This document shows positions 21,170-30,528 of a stretch of 64,000 nucleotides of DNA, in pieces; within the stretch, counting starts at the first letter, position 1, and every line of letters starts with the position of its first letter. Under the pieces are notes generated by a model, which searched no databases, was not told the DNA's origin, and worked only from the letters and a program-made list of their open reading frames with translations. Source of the stretch: an uncultured delta proteobacterium (GTDB lineage: Bacteria > Myxococcota > Myxococcia > Myxococcales > Myxococcaceae); NCBI GenBank assembly GCA_963796055.1, contig CAWCKH010000004.1:1376001-1440000 (forward strand), given 5' to 3'. The translations under genes were made by a program, and so were the position numbers.

Positions 21170-21745
21170 ATGGCCATCGAGACCCCAGGCAAGCGTTTCG
21201 GAAAGCGCCTCAGGAAGTCGAAGGTCTTCGGCCACGGGCACGCGGCCCACAAGTCCACCAACGCCGATCTGCTGATCACCCCGCTGGTCGACATGTTCGT
21301 GATCATCGTGCTCTTCCTCATCGCCAACTTCTCGGCGACGGGAGAGATCCTGAACATGACCAAGGACATCCAGCTGCCCACGGCGACCCACGTGGACGAG
21401 CTGGAGCTGGCGCCGGTGATCATGATCAGCAACGACGACATCATCATCAACGGCGTCTCGGTGGCCCGGGTGGCCGACCTCTCTCGCGACGACTACGTCA
21501 CCATCCCCGCTCTGGAGGAGAAGCTCCGCGAGCAGAAGAAGGAGACCGAGGAGCTCCACGCGCTGGCCAACGACGGCACCGCCTTCAAGGGCGTGGTGAA
21601 CATCCAGGGCCACAAGGACGTGCCCTTCCGGATCATCAAGCGGGTGATGTTCAGCTGCCAGGGCGGCGGCTACGGGAACATCAACTTCGCGGTGCTCCGC
21701 GGAACCACTGGTCAGCCCGGCGAGAAGACCGCGTCCCTTCCGTAG
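21170..21745 (+). CDS. aglS: ExbD/TolR-family gliding motor subunit AglS
   Basis: MAIETPGKRFGKRL...ADLLITPLVDMFVIIVLFLIANFSATGE; third gene of the R-Q-S trio. Confidence 0.85.
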   Translation: MAIETPGKRFGKRLRKSKVFGHGHAAHKSTNADLLITPLVDMFVIIVLFLIANFSATGEILNMTKDIQLPTATHVDELELAPVIMISNDDIIINGVSVARVADLSRDDYVTIPALEEKLREQKKETEELHALANDGTAFKGVVNIQGHKDVPFRIIKRVMFSCQGGGYGNINFAVLRGTTGQPGEKTASLP

Positions 21746-21782
21746 ACCCGGCCTCTTCCTAGCTGACTGCGGCCGCCCTGAC

Positions 21783-22022
21783 CTACAGCGAGCGCCAGTC
21801 GAGCCGCGTCGCGCGGGGCAACCCTTCCTGCAGCTCCGCCCGGTGGTACGCCGTGGCGGCCGAGATCAGGTGGACGATCCAGCCGAAGAAGCCGGCGCTG
21901 CCGATCCACAGCGCCGGGGTGATGATCAGCCAGAAGAGCCCCCGGAGCACCTCGCGGTTGTAGATCTGCCCCACTCCGGGAATCAGGAACGAGAGCAGAG
22001 CGGCAATGGCGGGACGGGACAT
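21783..22022 (-). CDS. Small membrane protein (TM2-like)
   Basis: AALLSFLIPGVGQIYN motif; 2-3 hydrophobic helices. Confidence 0.7.
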   Translation of the reverse strand: MSRPAIAALLSFLIPGVGQIYNREVLRGLFWLIITPALWIGSAGFFGWIVHLISAATAYHRAELQEGLPRATRLDWRSL

Positions 22023-22103
22023 GGTGTCAGCTTCCTCCGTCCCAGCAGACGTCCCAGGCGTCCCCCGATTGCGTCAGCGTGCAGCGCCAGCGGAAATTCC
22101 TGC

Positions 22104-22871
22104 TCAGGTCTCGAGTGGCCGTGCGGCGGCCGCGGCCCGGGAAGGGGCGTGGGCGTGCCTGAGGAGCCAGCTCCTGACGGGAGGCCCACCGTAGCGTGCC
22201 AGACCCGCCGCGACGCCGAAGCGGACCAGGCGGGCGATGGCGGTCGCCCCGAGGAAGGCAGGGATGGACACCCCCACCAGCCCGCTGCCGATGGTGGCCA
22301 GCTTGAAGGCCGGCACCACCATGCAGACCACTGCCAGCGACCACCAGTTCCGGCTCAGCAGCTCGGCGAGGGTCCCGTGCACGCCGAACCATCCGGTCCG
22401 CGTCGAGGCGATGGCGAAGGCGAGCGTGAGCCCGCACGCCACCGCGGCGCGCAGCCAGGCGAATGGCCGCTGCTTGAGCCCCTGGAGCGCGGAGACGACC
22501 GTCACCACCCCCGCGGCGCCGGCGAGGATGAGCAGCACCTTGTGGAGCCAGTCCGGTCCGAGGTCGAGTCTGAGATTCGGGTCGATGTGGATCAGGTTCA
22601 GCCCACTGCGCATTGCGGCGCCGATGGCGTAGCCGAGGAGGCTGCCGGCGATGGAGGCGAAGGTGCCCCAGAGCATCAGGCGCAGCCACTTTTCCGGGGC
22701 GGCGATGACCATCGGGATGAGGAGGACGAAGGGGGGAACGGGGAAGAACGCCGAGTCGATCGCCGCCACAACCAGCAGGGCGCTGAAGGCGGCCGGGCTG
22801 TTGGCGTACGACTCGACGCGGGCGTACAACCGTCCGGACCAGGCCCGGGCCCGTCCCCATGGCGTCAGCAT
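22104..22871 (-). CDS. YqaA/DedA (VTT) family membrane protein
   Basis: IDSAFFPVPP, ASIAGSLLGYAIG, PAFKLATIGSG, ARLVRF. Confidence 0.75.
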   Translation of the reverse strand: MLTPWGRARAWSGRLYARVESYANSPAAFSALLVVAAIDSAFFPVPPFVLLIPMVIAAPEKWLRLMLWGTFASIAGSLLGYAIGAAMRSGLNLIHIDPNLRLDLGPDWLHKVLLILAGAAGVVTVVSALQGLKQRPFAWLRAAVACGLTLAFAIASTRTGWFGVHGTLAELLSRNWWSLAVVCMVVPAFKLATIGSGLVGVSIPAFLGATAIARLVRFGVAAGLARYGGPPVRSWLLRHAHAPSRAAAAARPLET

Positions 22872-22938
22872 GGCGGCGCACCCTAGCAGGCCGGACCGCT
22901 CGTGGCAGCCGGGTGTCCGGATGTTAGGTTGCCTGAGC

Positions 22939-23595
22939 ATGACGGCCCTGGAACGGGTGGAGCGTGCCGCGACCGCGCTCAAGGTCTTTCCCCTGCCCTC
23001 GGCCGTGCTCTTTCCGCACACCGTCCTCCCTCTACACATCTTCGAGACGCGCTACCGGTCCCTGGTGAAGTCGGCCCTATCTGGCGACAAGGTGATGGCC
23101 ATGGCGCAGCTCGAGCCGGGTTACGAGGGCAGCTACGCGGGACGTCCCCGCATGCGGCCAATGGTCTGCGCCGGGATCATCGCCTGGCACGAGGAGCTGG
23201 ACGGCGGCCGGTACAACATCATCGTCCAGGGCACGGTTCGGGCGCGCATCCTGGAGGAGCTCCCACCGGATCAGCTCTACCGCGAGGTGCGGGCCGCCAT
23301 CCTTCCGGACTCCGAGTACCACGGCGCCGAGGAAGAGCAGCTTCGCCAGGCGATGCTCGAGCTCGCGGCCCGCCTGCCGCCGCCGGTCGCCCAGGGCCTG
23401 CTCCAGTCCTCGGCGCGCGCCTCGGGCGGCGCGCTGGCCGACGTGGTGGCCTCCAGCGTGGTCGCGGACGTGGAGCGGCGGCAGGAGCTGCTCTGCGAGC
23501 TCGACGTGGGTATCCGTCTCCGCTCGGTGCTGGCCGAGGTCAGCGAGGTGCTGGCCCGGCTCGCCCCGGCCAAGCCCGACGGGCCGGTGAATTGA
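22939..23595 (+). CDS. LON peptidase N-terminal (substrate-binding) domain protein
   Basis: VFPLPSAVLFPHTVLPLHIFETRY, DGGRYNIIVQG, RQELL. Confidence 0.88.
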   Translation: MTALERVERAATALKVFPLPSAVLFPHTVLPLHIFETRYRSLVKSALSGDKVMAMAQLEPGYEGSYAGRPRMRPMVCAGIIAWHEELDGGRYNIIVQGTVRARILEELPPDQLYREVRAAILPDSEYHGAEEEQLRQAMLELAARLPPPVAQGLLQSSARASGGALADVVASSVVADVERRQELLCELDVGIRLRSVLAEVSEVLARLAPAKPDGPVN

Positions 23596-23611
23596 AGGGA
23601 GTCTGATCGGG

Positions 23612-25510
23612 ATGCGGCTGGTGAAGATCGGCCTCGCCTCGGTGAACACCACGGTGGGCGCGACCCACGCCAACGTGGAGCGTGCGCTGCGCTTCGCCCG
23701 CGAGATGGCGGCGGCCGACGTGACCATCGCCGCCTACCCCGAGCAGATGGTCGGCGGGTACCCGCCCGAGGACCTCATCCAGTGGCAGGGCTTCGTCGAG
23801 GACCAGTGGCGCGCGCTGGAGCAGTTCGCGAAGCAGACCCGCGATCAGCCCACCGTGCACGTGCTCGGGGTGGCCATCATCCACCAGGGGCTCCGCTACA
23901 ACTGCGCGGCCATCGTCGCCGGAGGGAGCATCCGGGGGCTGGTCCCCAAGGAGAAGCTGCCCACCTACAGCATCTATTACGAGGGCCGCACCTTCGATCG
24001 AGGCTTCCCCTACCAGCTCGACGAGCACCGGGGCATCCCGTTCGGCGATCTCATCTTTCGCTTCGACTTCGGGGTCGTCGCGCCGGAGGTCTGCGAGGAC
24101 GCCTGGACCGCCGAGTGCCCGATGCGCCGGCGCATCTACTCCGGGGCCGAGCTGGTGGTGAACATCTCCGGCTCGGCGTTCCGGGTGGGCACCGACCAGA
24201 CGCGGCGGGAGATGCTCATCACCCGCGCCGCGGACCACCAGTGCACCCTGGCCTACGTGAATCTGGTGGGGGGCAACGACGGGCTGCTGTTCGACGGCGG
24301 CGGCTTCGTCTTCCAGAACGGCAAGCCGATGCTGGACGCGGCGCGGTGGCGCGAGGGGTGGGAGGCGACCACGGTGGACCTCGACCGGACCTTGCGGCTC
24401 CGGAGCGAGAACACCACCTGGCGACAGGACCACGCGGCCTGGGCGGCCTCCCAGGAGCCGGTCCCCGAGGTGGAGATCCCCGGCAAGGAGTTCCGCACCC
24501 GCCGCGAGAAGCTGACCTACCCGGTTCCCGCGCACGGGAGCTTCTTCCTCCCCGGTCCGGAGAAGCATGTGCCAGCGCGGACCCGCTACTGCGAGGAGGT
24601 GCTCGAGGCGCTGGCGATGGGCGTGGGCGACTACTTCGAGAAGAACCGGGTCTTCAAGTCCATCGGGGTGGCGCTGTCGGGCGGGCGGGACTCGCTGCTG
24701 ACGCTCCTCATCGCCCACCGCTGGGCCTCCCGGAAGAAGCCCGAGGCTCCGGGGAGCCTGCTGCGGGCCTTCTACATGCCGAGCCGCTACTCCTCGCCCG
24801 AGACCGAGAAGGCTGCGCGCACCGTCTGCGAGGAGCTCGGCGTGCCCTTCAAGATCTTGAGCATCGACGCGGCGTTCGAGCGCGAGCTGGAGGCGGTGCG
24901 GGAAATGCTCCTGCCGGGCGAGACCGTGACCCAGCTGACCGAGCAGAACATCCAGGCGCGGCTGCGAGGGCAGCGGATGTGGAGCTGGAGCAACTCCAGC
25001 GGCGGGCTGTTCCTCCAGACCGGCAACATGAGCGAACGTGCGGTGGGCTACACCACGGTGGGCGGTGACCTGGAGGGTGCGCTGGCGGTCATCGCCAACG
25101 TGCCGAAGACGGTGGTCATGGTGCTGCTCGACTACCTCCAGGAGGTTCACCCCCTGGAGGGCATCCGGCTGGTGCTCCAGAAGCCGCCTGGCCCCGAGCT
25201 GGCGCCGAACCAGGTGGGGGAGGAGGAGCTGATGCCCTTCCGGGTGCTCGACGCCTGCTTCCACCTCTTCGCCGACGAGAAGCTCTTGCCCGAGGAGGTC
25301 GAGCAGGTGGTGGGCGCGATGTTCCCCGAGCTCGGCAGGGAGACGGTGCACGAGCACGTCACCCGGTTCGTGAAGCTGTTTCTCGGCAGCATCTACAAGT
25401 GGGTGCAGTCGCCGCTGTCGCTGCACATCGGAAACCTGGACCTGGACCGCGAGCGCGCGCTGCAGCTGCCGGTGGTCACGCACGCCGAGTGGGCGCTGAA
25501 GAAGCAGTGA
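23612..25510 (+). CDS. nadE: Glutamine-dependent NAD+ synthetase
   Basis: Nitrilase triad E (YPEQ), K (PKEKLP), C (VCED); synthetase motifs SGGRDS, NIQARLR, TGNMSE. Confidence 0.95.
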   Translation: MRLVKIGLASVNTTVGATHANVERALRFAREMAAADVTIAAYPEQMVGGYPPEDLIQWQGFVEDQWRALEQFAKQTRDQPTVHVLGVAIIHQGLRYNCAAIVAGGSIRGLVPKEKLPTYSIYYEGRTFDRGFPYQLDEHRGIPFGDLIFRFDFGVVAPEVCEDAWTAECPMRRRIYSGAELVVNISGSAFRVGTDQTRREMLITRAADHQCTLAYVNLVGGNDGLLFDGGGFVFQNGKPMLDAARWREGWEATTVDLDRTLRLRSENTTWRQDHAAWAASQEPVPEVEIPGKEFRTRREKLTYPVPAHGSFFLPGPEKHVPARTRYCEEVLEALAMGVGDYFEKNRVFKSIGVALSGGRDSLLTLLIAHRWASRKKPEAPGSLLRAFYMPSRYSSPETEKAARTVCEELGVPFKILSIDAAFERELEAVREMLLPGETVTQLTEQNIQARLRGQRMWSWSNSSGGLFLQTGNMSERAVGYTTVGGDLEGALAVIANVPKTVVMVLLDYLQEVHPLEGIRLVLQKPPGPELAPNQVGEEELMPFRVLDACFHLFADEKLLPEEVEQVVGAMFPELGRETVHEHVTRFVKLFLGSIYKWVQSPLSLHIGNLDLDRERALQLPVVTHAEWALKKQ

Positions 25511-26079
25511 GCACCGCGCGGCCGGTCCCCACGCTGGGCGACTGGCTACGGGTCAACCTTGCCATCGGGACGCTGAGCTTTGGCTCGGCGAGCCGGATCC
25601 CCCTCTACGAGGACGCGGTGGTGCGCGTGCACGGCTGGCTCACGCCAGAGGAGTTCGCCGAGGTGCTCACCGTGGCCCAGCTGCTCCCCGGGCCGAACCT
25701 GGTCAATCTCTCGGCGTACCTCGGCTACCGGCTGGTGGGGCCGGTGGGTACCGTCCTGGGCATCCTCTGCCTCTGTCTGCCGGGCGCCGGTCTCGCCGTC
25801 GCGCTCTCCGGCGTGCTGGCGGTGGACCGGCCCTGGGTGCAGGCGCCCCTCCGGGGGATGGCGGTGGCGGGCATCGTCTTGTTGCTGGTCTTTCTCTGGC
25901 ACCGGTTGCCGGGGCTGGCGAGCACGGCCGACCCGGCGACGTCAGCACCGACGCGCGTGCGGGTCGTGCGCGGAGTGCTGCTGGCAACGGTGGCGGCCGC
26001 GACCCTCGCCGGCGCGTCGCTGTTCGCGGTGCTCGCGGTGGCCATTCCCGTGGGCGTCCTTCTGGAGTTCGCCCTGTGA
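25507..26079 (+). CDS. Short-chain chromate transporter (ChrA), subunit 1
   Basis: GTLSFG, WLTPEEF, AQLLPGPN; GTGA overlap with nadE. Confidence 0.85.
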   Translation: MSTARPVPTLGDWLRVNLAIGTLSFGSASRIPLYEDAVVRVHGWLTPEEFAEVLTVAQLLPGPNLVNLSAYLGYRLVGPVGTVLGILCLCLPGAGLAVALSGVLAVDRPWVQAPLRGMAVAGIVLLLVFLWHRLPGLASTADPATSAPTRVRVVRGVLLATVAAATLAGASLFAVLAVAIPVGVLLEFAL

Positions 26080-26603
26080 GGCTGATCGGCCTCTTCTGGA
26101 TCTTCTTCCGGCTGGGGCTGGTGTCGTTCGGCGGCGTGTTCTCGGTGCTTCCGGAACTGCAGCGCGCCCTGGTGGATGGCGGCCTCGTCACCCCGGAGGG
26201 GTTTGTCCAGGCCTTCGTCCTCGGTCAGGTGGTACCCGGGCCGAACATGGCGATGTGCACCGTCATCGGCTGGCACGCGGCGGGCCCCGCCGGGGCGCTG
26301 GTGGCATTCGTCGGCATCTACAGCGGGCCGGTGGCGATCATGGGCGCGGCCTACGCCGTCTACCACCGGTGGCGGAACCTCACCTGGGTGCGGCGGCTGG
26401 AGCTCGCCATGCGCCCAGCGGTGCTGGGGCTCCTCGCCGCCTCGGCGGTGTCGCTGCTGTGGACGGCGGCCGGAAAGCATTACTGGACGTCGCTCGGGGT
26501 GGCGCTGCTGGTGGGGGTGCTCGCGGTGAGGACGCGACTGGGGGCCCTCGCCCTGCTGGCCGCTGGCGGGGTCGCCTGGTCTCTCGGTCAGGCGCTGCTC
26601 TGA
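26076..26603 (+). CDS. Short-chain chromate transporter (ChrA), subunit 2
   Basis: GLVSFGG, GQVVPGPN, MRPAVLGLL; GTGA overlap. Confidence 0.85.
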   Translation: MRLIGLFWIFFRLGLVSFGGVFSVLPELQRALVDGGLVTPEGFVQAFVLGQVVPGPNMAMCTVIGWHAAGPAGALVAFVGIYSGPVAIMGAAYAVYHRWRNLTWVRRLELAMRPAVLGLLAASAVSLLWTAAGKHYWTSLGVALLVGVLAVRTRLGALALLAAGGVAWSLGQALL

Positions 26604-26607
26604 CGGG

Positions 26608-27177
26608 TCAGTCCTCGACGATGGAGGTCACCTTCGCCAGCACCTCGTCGAGCACCCCGCGAAGCTTCCGCATGGTGGACGGGCTGAGACGGCCGCGGCG
26701 TGCCGCGCGTCGGAGCACACGGAAGAGCTGGGCGGCGCGCTGCATGAGATCCGCGAGGTCCTCTGCACTCTCGGCCCACCCGCTCGCGCCGGAGCGGTCG
26801 TAGAACTCCTCCACCTCGGCCCGGTGCTCGGCCAGGTCACGCTGACCCTCGGGAGTGATGGCGTAGATGCGCCGCCCGTCGTCGTCGGTGCCGCGGACGT
26901 GCCGGAGCTCCTCCAGCATCTGCAGGGTGGGGTAGATGACCCCCGGGCTGGGGCGGTAGGTCTGACCGCTCCGCTCCTCGATGGCCTGCATGATCTCGTA
27001 GCCGTGCCGGGGCTGCTTCTCCAGCGCGTCGAGGACCAGGTACCGGACCGCGCCTCGCTCCGCCCGCGGCGGAGGACCTCCGAACATGTCCCACCACTCG
27101 GGCCGTCCACCGGGTCCGCGGCGGCCCCACGGACCGCGTCCCATGAAGTGCCATCCCCACGAATCATCGGGTCGCAT
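26608..27177 (-). CDS. PadR/YqjI-family transcriptional regulator
   Basis: RGAVRYLVL, PRHGYEIM, YRPSPGVIYPTLQMLEE, IYAITPEG. Confidence 0.92.
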   Translation of the reverse strand: MRPDDSWGWHFMGRGPWGRRGPGGRPEWWDMFGGPPPRAERGAVRYLVLDALEKQPRHGYEIMQAIEERSGQTYRPSPGVIYPTLQMLEELRHVRGTDDDGRRIYAITPEGQRDLAEHRAEVEEFYDRSGASGWAESAEDLADLMQRAAQLFRVLRRAARRGRLSPSTMRKLRGVLDEVLAKVTSIVED

Positions 27178-27214
27178 CGAAATTCACTCCTCGCCGGACT
27201 CGCCGGCCATCCAC

Positions 27215-27256
27215 GACACATCGACTCGATGTGTCTTTGAGATATATCTATAGATA
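27215..27256. promoter_or_regulatory. Palindromic operator cluster upstream of the PadR gene
   Basis: GACACATCGA-C-TCGATGTGTC (27215-27235), AGATATATCT (27240-27249) and TATCTATAGATA (27245-27256) in an AT-rich patch. Confidence 0.65.
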
Positions 27257-27320
27257 GCTCGGCGGTGGCACCGGCGCCAGCCAGGGGGCAGGACCTTGAA
27301 TTGACTGGGGAAATGGGCGG

Positions 27321-27806
27321 TCAGCGCCGGTGCACGCTGCGGTCTCGGCCGGCCTGCTTCGCGCGGGTGCAGGCGGTCTCGGCCGCCTCGAGCAGGTTGC
27401 CCCACGGTTCGGAGGGCCGGAGCGAGGCCACGCCCACGCTCACCGTCGCCAAAACGCAGGGGTCGGCCCGGGCGGCGCCGCGGAGCCGATCGGCGACCGC
27501 GCACGCACGGGGGAGTGCCCAGCCGGGGAGCAGCAGCCCGAAGGTGTCCGAACCGAGGCGCCCGATGGGCCCGGCGCCGTTGCTCTCGGACGAGATGCGC
27601 TGGGCCAGCGCCTCGAGGCAGGTGTCGGCGGCGAGATCACCCCGTACGTCGCGGAGCGCCTGGAACTCGTCCACGTCGATCACCAGCAGGCTGCACGGCT
27701 GCGCCGCCCGCCGCGCCACCTGGACGCCGAACGCCACCTCGCGCTCGAACGCCTGACGGGTGTACACGCCGGTCTCGAGGTCCAGCTCGACCACCCGGGC
27801 GCTCAT
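27321..27806 (-). CDS. Stand-alone degenerate GGDEF domain protein
   Basis: DLETGVY, LLVIDVDEF, GRLGSDTF in place of GGDEF, TVSVGVA, AKQAGRD. Confidence 0.85.
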   Translation of the reverse strand: MSARVVELDLETGVYTRQAFEREVAFGVQVARRAAQPCSLLVIDVDEFQALRDVRGDLAADTCLEALAQRISSESNGAGPIGRLGSDTFGLLLPGWALPRACAVADRLRGAARADPCVLATVSVGVASLRPSEPWGNLLEAAETACTRAKQAGRDRSVHRR

Positions 27807-28426
27807 GGCGCGCTCGCCCCCGAGGCCGCCCGCGTCTTGGCTGCGGCGCGGACGAAGCCGTCGTACTGGCGAAGGGCCGCTTCGCCCACCAGCTGGATGT
27901 GCTGGTTGTTCAGCCAGGCGGTGACCGGCGCGGCCACCAGCGGCATCGCCCGGCCCACGGTCGCGAATCCACCCTTCGCGGCCAGCACCTCGGCGACCTT
28001 GCCCAGCACCCGCGGGCCGGAACGCTTGAGCGGTCCGACCCCGTTCGCCTCACCCAGCACCCCGAGCAGCTCGGTCCGGGCGCGCCGGAACCGGAGGTCC
28101 ACCCCGTAGGCGGTGGCGATGTCGGCCAGCAGGCGGATCTGTAGCCAGGCCATGACCAGGAGGTCCGCCGGCACGCTCACCAGGCCGAACACGCCGCTCA
28201 CCGAGCCGCTGAGGGAGGCCAGGCCCTTGGTGGAGTCGATGGCGTGCTGTCCGAGCTCGCGCGCCCCCGCCGTCGGGTAGCGGGTACGGAGCGCCTTGAT
28301 CCGCGTGCGCGCCCGCTTCGCCTCGAGTCCGACCACGTCCTCCATCCGCAGCGAGCCGAGGCGCTTCAGGGACGACGGCCGGAGCTTCTTCAAGAAGTCG
28401 AGGCGTTCGCTGTCGAGCAGTCCCAC
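27803..28426 (-). CDS. EcsC-family-like protein
   Basis: GVFGLVSVPADL...IATAYGVD...GRAMPLVAAPV pattern; 4-nt overlap with the GGDEF gene. Confidence 0.65.
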   Translation of the reverse strand: MGLLDSERLDFLKKLRPSSLKRLGSLRMEDVVGLEAKRARTRIKALRTRYPTAGARELGQHAIDSTKGLASLSGSVSGVFGLVSVPADLLVMAWLQIRLLADIATAYGVDLRFRRARTELLGVLGEANGVGPLKRSGPRVLGKVAEVLAAKGGFATVGRAMPLVAAPVTAWLNNQHIQLVGEAALRQYDGFVRAAAKTRAASGASAP

Positions 28427-28541
28427 GGTGGAGATCCTGGCAGCGGCCTGGTCTCCCCGGCAACGGCCGAGCGACTGGTTTCCGCGCTGTTCGATGAACG
28501 CTCGGCAGCCCGGTACGATTTCGCACCAGGAGTGCGCAGAC

Positions 28542-29360
28542 CTACGACTGTCCCAGACGTGAGGCCACCCGGGTCGCCTCCTCGACCGCCCGGGCGAGGA
28601 CCGAGCGGATTCGCCCGTCCTCGAGGGTCAGCAGCCCGGCGATGGTGCATCCGGCGGGGGTGGTGACCTGGTCCTTCAGCGCCGCAGGATGCATCCCCGT
28701 CTGGAGCACCATCCGGGCCGAGCCCTGGAGCATCTGGGCGGCAATCTCCATCGCCACGTCGCGCCGGAGGCCCATCATCACTCCCCCTTCTGCGAGCGCC
28801 TCGATGATGAGGTAGGCGAACGCCGGTCCGCTGCTGTTCAGCGCGGTCACCACGTCCATCGACTTCTCCTCGAGCTCGAGGCACCGGCCGACGGCCCGGA
28901 ACAGCTGGAGGGCGGTGCGCACGTGTGCGTCCGTGGCCAGGGGGCCCCGGGAGACCACCGTCATCCCCTCGCCGATGAGGGCAGGGGTGTTGGGCATTGC
29001 CCGGATGAGCGGGCTCTCGGGGAGCCAGCGGCGGATCTGCTCCAGGCGCACGCCTGCGGCGACGCTCACCACCAGCTTGCCCCGGAGCGCGTCGCGCATC
29101 TCGCCGGTGTCCAGCACCGCCGCCAGCTGCTGCGGCTTGAGGCTCACCAGCAGCGCGTTGGCCTCGCGCGCAACCGACAGGTTGTCCACCGTGGCCCGGA
29201 CGCCGTGCTTCTTGGCCAGCATCTCGGCTGCCTCCGTCCGTCGCGTGGAGACCACCAGGCGGGCGGGGACCAGCGAGCCCGAGTGGATCAGCCCGCGCAC
29301 GATTGCCTCGCCCACCGTTCCACAACCCAGGACGCCCAGGGTACCGTCGTTCTCCAGCAT
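28542..29360 (-). CDS. proC: Pyrroline-5-carboxylate reductase
   Basis: GCGTVG, LKPQ, SVAAG, RAMPNTP, SSGPAF, VTTPAGCT. Confidence 0.95.
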   Translation of the reverse strand: MLENDGTLGVLGCGTVGEAIVRGLIHSGSLVPARLVVSTRRTEAAEMLAKKHGVRATVDNLSVAREANALLVSLKPQQLAAVLDTGEMRDALRGKLVVSVAAGVRLEQIRRWLPESPLIRAMPNTPALIGEGMTVVSRGPLATDAHVRTALQLFRAVGRCLELEEKSMDVVTALNSSGPAFAYLIIEALAEGGVMMGLRRDVAMEIAAQMLQGSARMVLQTGMHPAALKDQVTTPAGCTIAGLLTLEDGRIRSVLARAVEEATRVASRLGQS

Positions 29361-30528
29361 GCCCTCGGACCTACCACAGCCCGGCCTGCGGCCTCCGCTG
29401 GGGGACGCGCAGCGCATCGTGGTGAAGCTGGGCACCCAGGTGGTGACCCACGATGGGCGGTCGCTCGCCCTGGGTCGGCTGATGTCTCTGGTAGAGGAGA
29501 TGGCCCTGCTCCAGCAGGCCAACCGGCAGATCCTCCTGGTCTCCAGTGGGGCGGTGGCGCTGGGGATGAAGCAGCTGGGGTTGGCGGAGCGGCCGCGCTC
29601 GCTCGGGCTTCGCCAGGCGTGCGCCGCGGTGGGGCAGGGGCACCTGGTCGCGCTCTACACCTCGGCGTTCGCCCAGTTCGGGGTGACGGCGGCCCAGGTG
29701 CTGCTCACCGAGAGCGACCTCGGCGACCGCGACCGGGCGCTCTGCGTCCGGACGACCTTGATGCGGCTCCTGGAGCTGCGCGCGGTGCCGGTACTGAACG
29801 AGAACGACAGCGTGAGCATCCGCGAGCTGGTGGAGCACCGCCGTTCCCAGGGCACCGAGACGGGGGCGACGGCCTTCGGCGACAACGACGGGCTCAGCGC
29901 GCGCGTGGCCATCGGGGTGGACGCTGATCTCCTGGTGCTCCTGACCGACGTGGACGGGCTGTACACCGCCGACCCGCGGACCGACCCCGACGCACGGCGC
30001 CTCGACCTGGTGGACGCCGAGACCCCGCGCCTGGGAGGGGTGAGCGCCGGTGGAACGGGCGGCATGTCGAGCAAGCTGGAGGCGGCGCGTCTGGCGAGCC
30101 GGGCCGGGGTGACGGTGGTCATCGCCTCGGGGGCCGCCCCGAACGTGCTCCGGCGCCTCCTCTCGGGCGAGGCGGTGGGGACCTGCATTCCTCCCGCCGA
30201 GCGGAGGGCTGTCCGTCGCCAGCGCATCGCGCTCGCCCCCCATGCCGGTGCGCTGGTGGCGAACGACGGGGCGCTCTCGGCGCTGGAGGGAGGCCGGGCC
30301 TCGCTCCTGCCCATCGGCGTGCTGGCGGTGGAGGGCGACTTCCGCGAGGGCGACGTGGTGGAGATCCGCGACGGCTCGGGCCGGGTACGTGGGCGGGGCC
30401 TCGCCAATTACGATGCCCGGGCCTGCCGGGCGCTGGTCGGCCGGCACAGCGAGGAGATCGAGGACGTGCTCGGCTGGCGCGGCTACGACGCGCTGGTCAC
30501 CCGCGACAACCTGGTGTTCGGGCCATGA
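29359..30528 (+). CDS. proB: Glutamate 5-kinase with PUA domain
   Basis: RIVVKLG, VSSGAV, NENDSV, FGDNDGLS, LTDVDGLY, GTGGMSSK; start uncertain. Confidence 0.95.
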   Translation: MPSDLPQPGLRPPLGDAQRIVVKLGTQVVTHDGRSLALGRLMSLVEEMALLQQANRQILLVSSGAVALGMKQLGLAERPRSLGLRQACAAVGQGHLVALYTSAFAQFGVTAAQVLLTESDLGDRDRALCVRTTLMRLLELRAVPVLNENDSVSIRELVEHRRSQGTETGATAFGDNDGLSARVAIGVDADLLVLLTDVDGLYTADPRTDPDARRLDLVDAETPRLGGVSAGGTGGMSSKLEAARLASRAGVTVVIASGAAPNVLRRLLSGEAVGTCIPPAERRAVRRQRIALAPHAGALVANDGALSALEGGRASLLPIGVLAVEGDFREGDVVEIRDGSGRVRGRGLANYDARACRALVGRHSEEIEDVLGWRGYDALVTRDNLVFGP

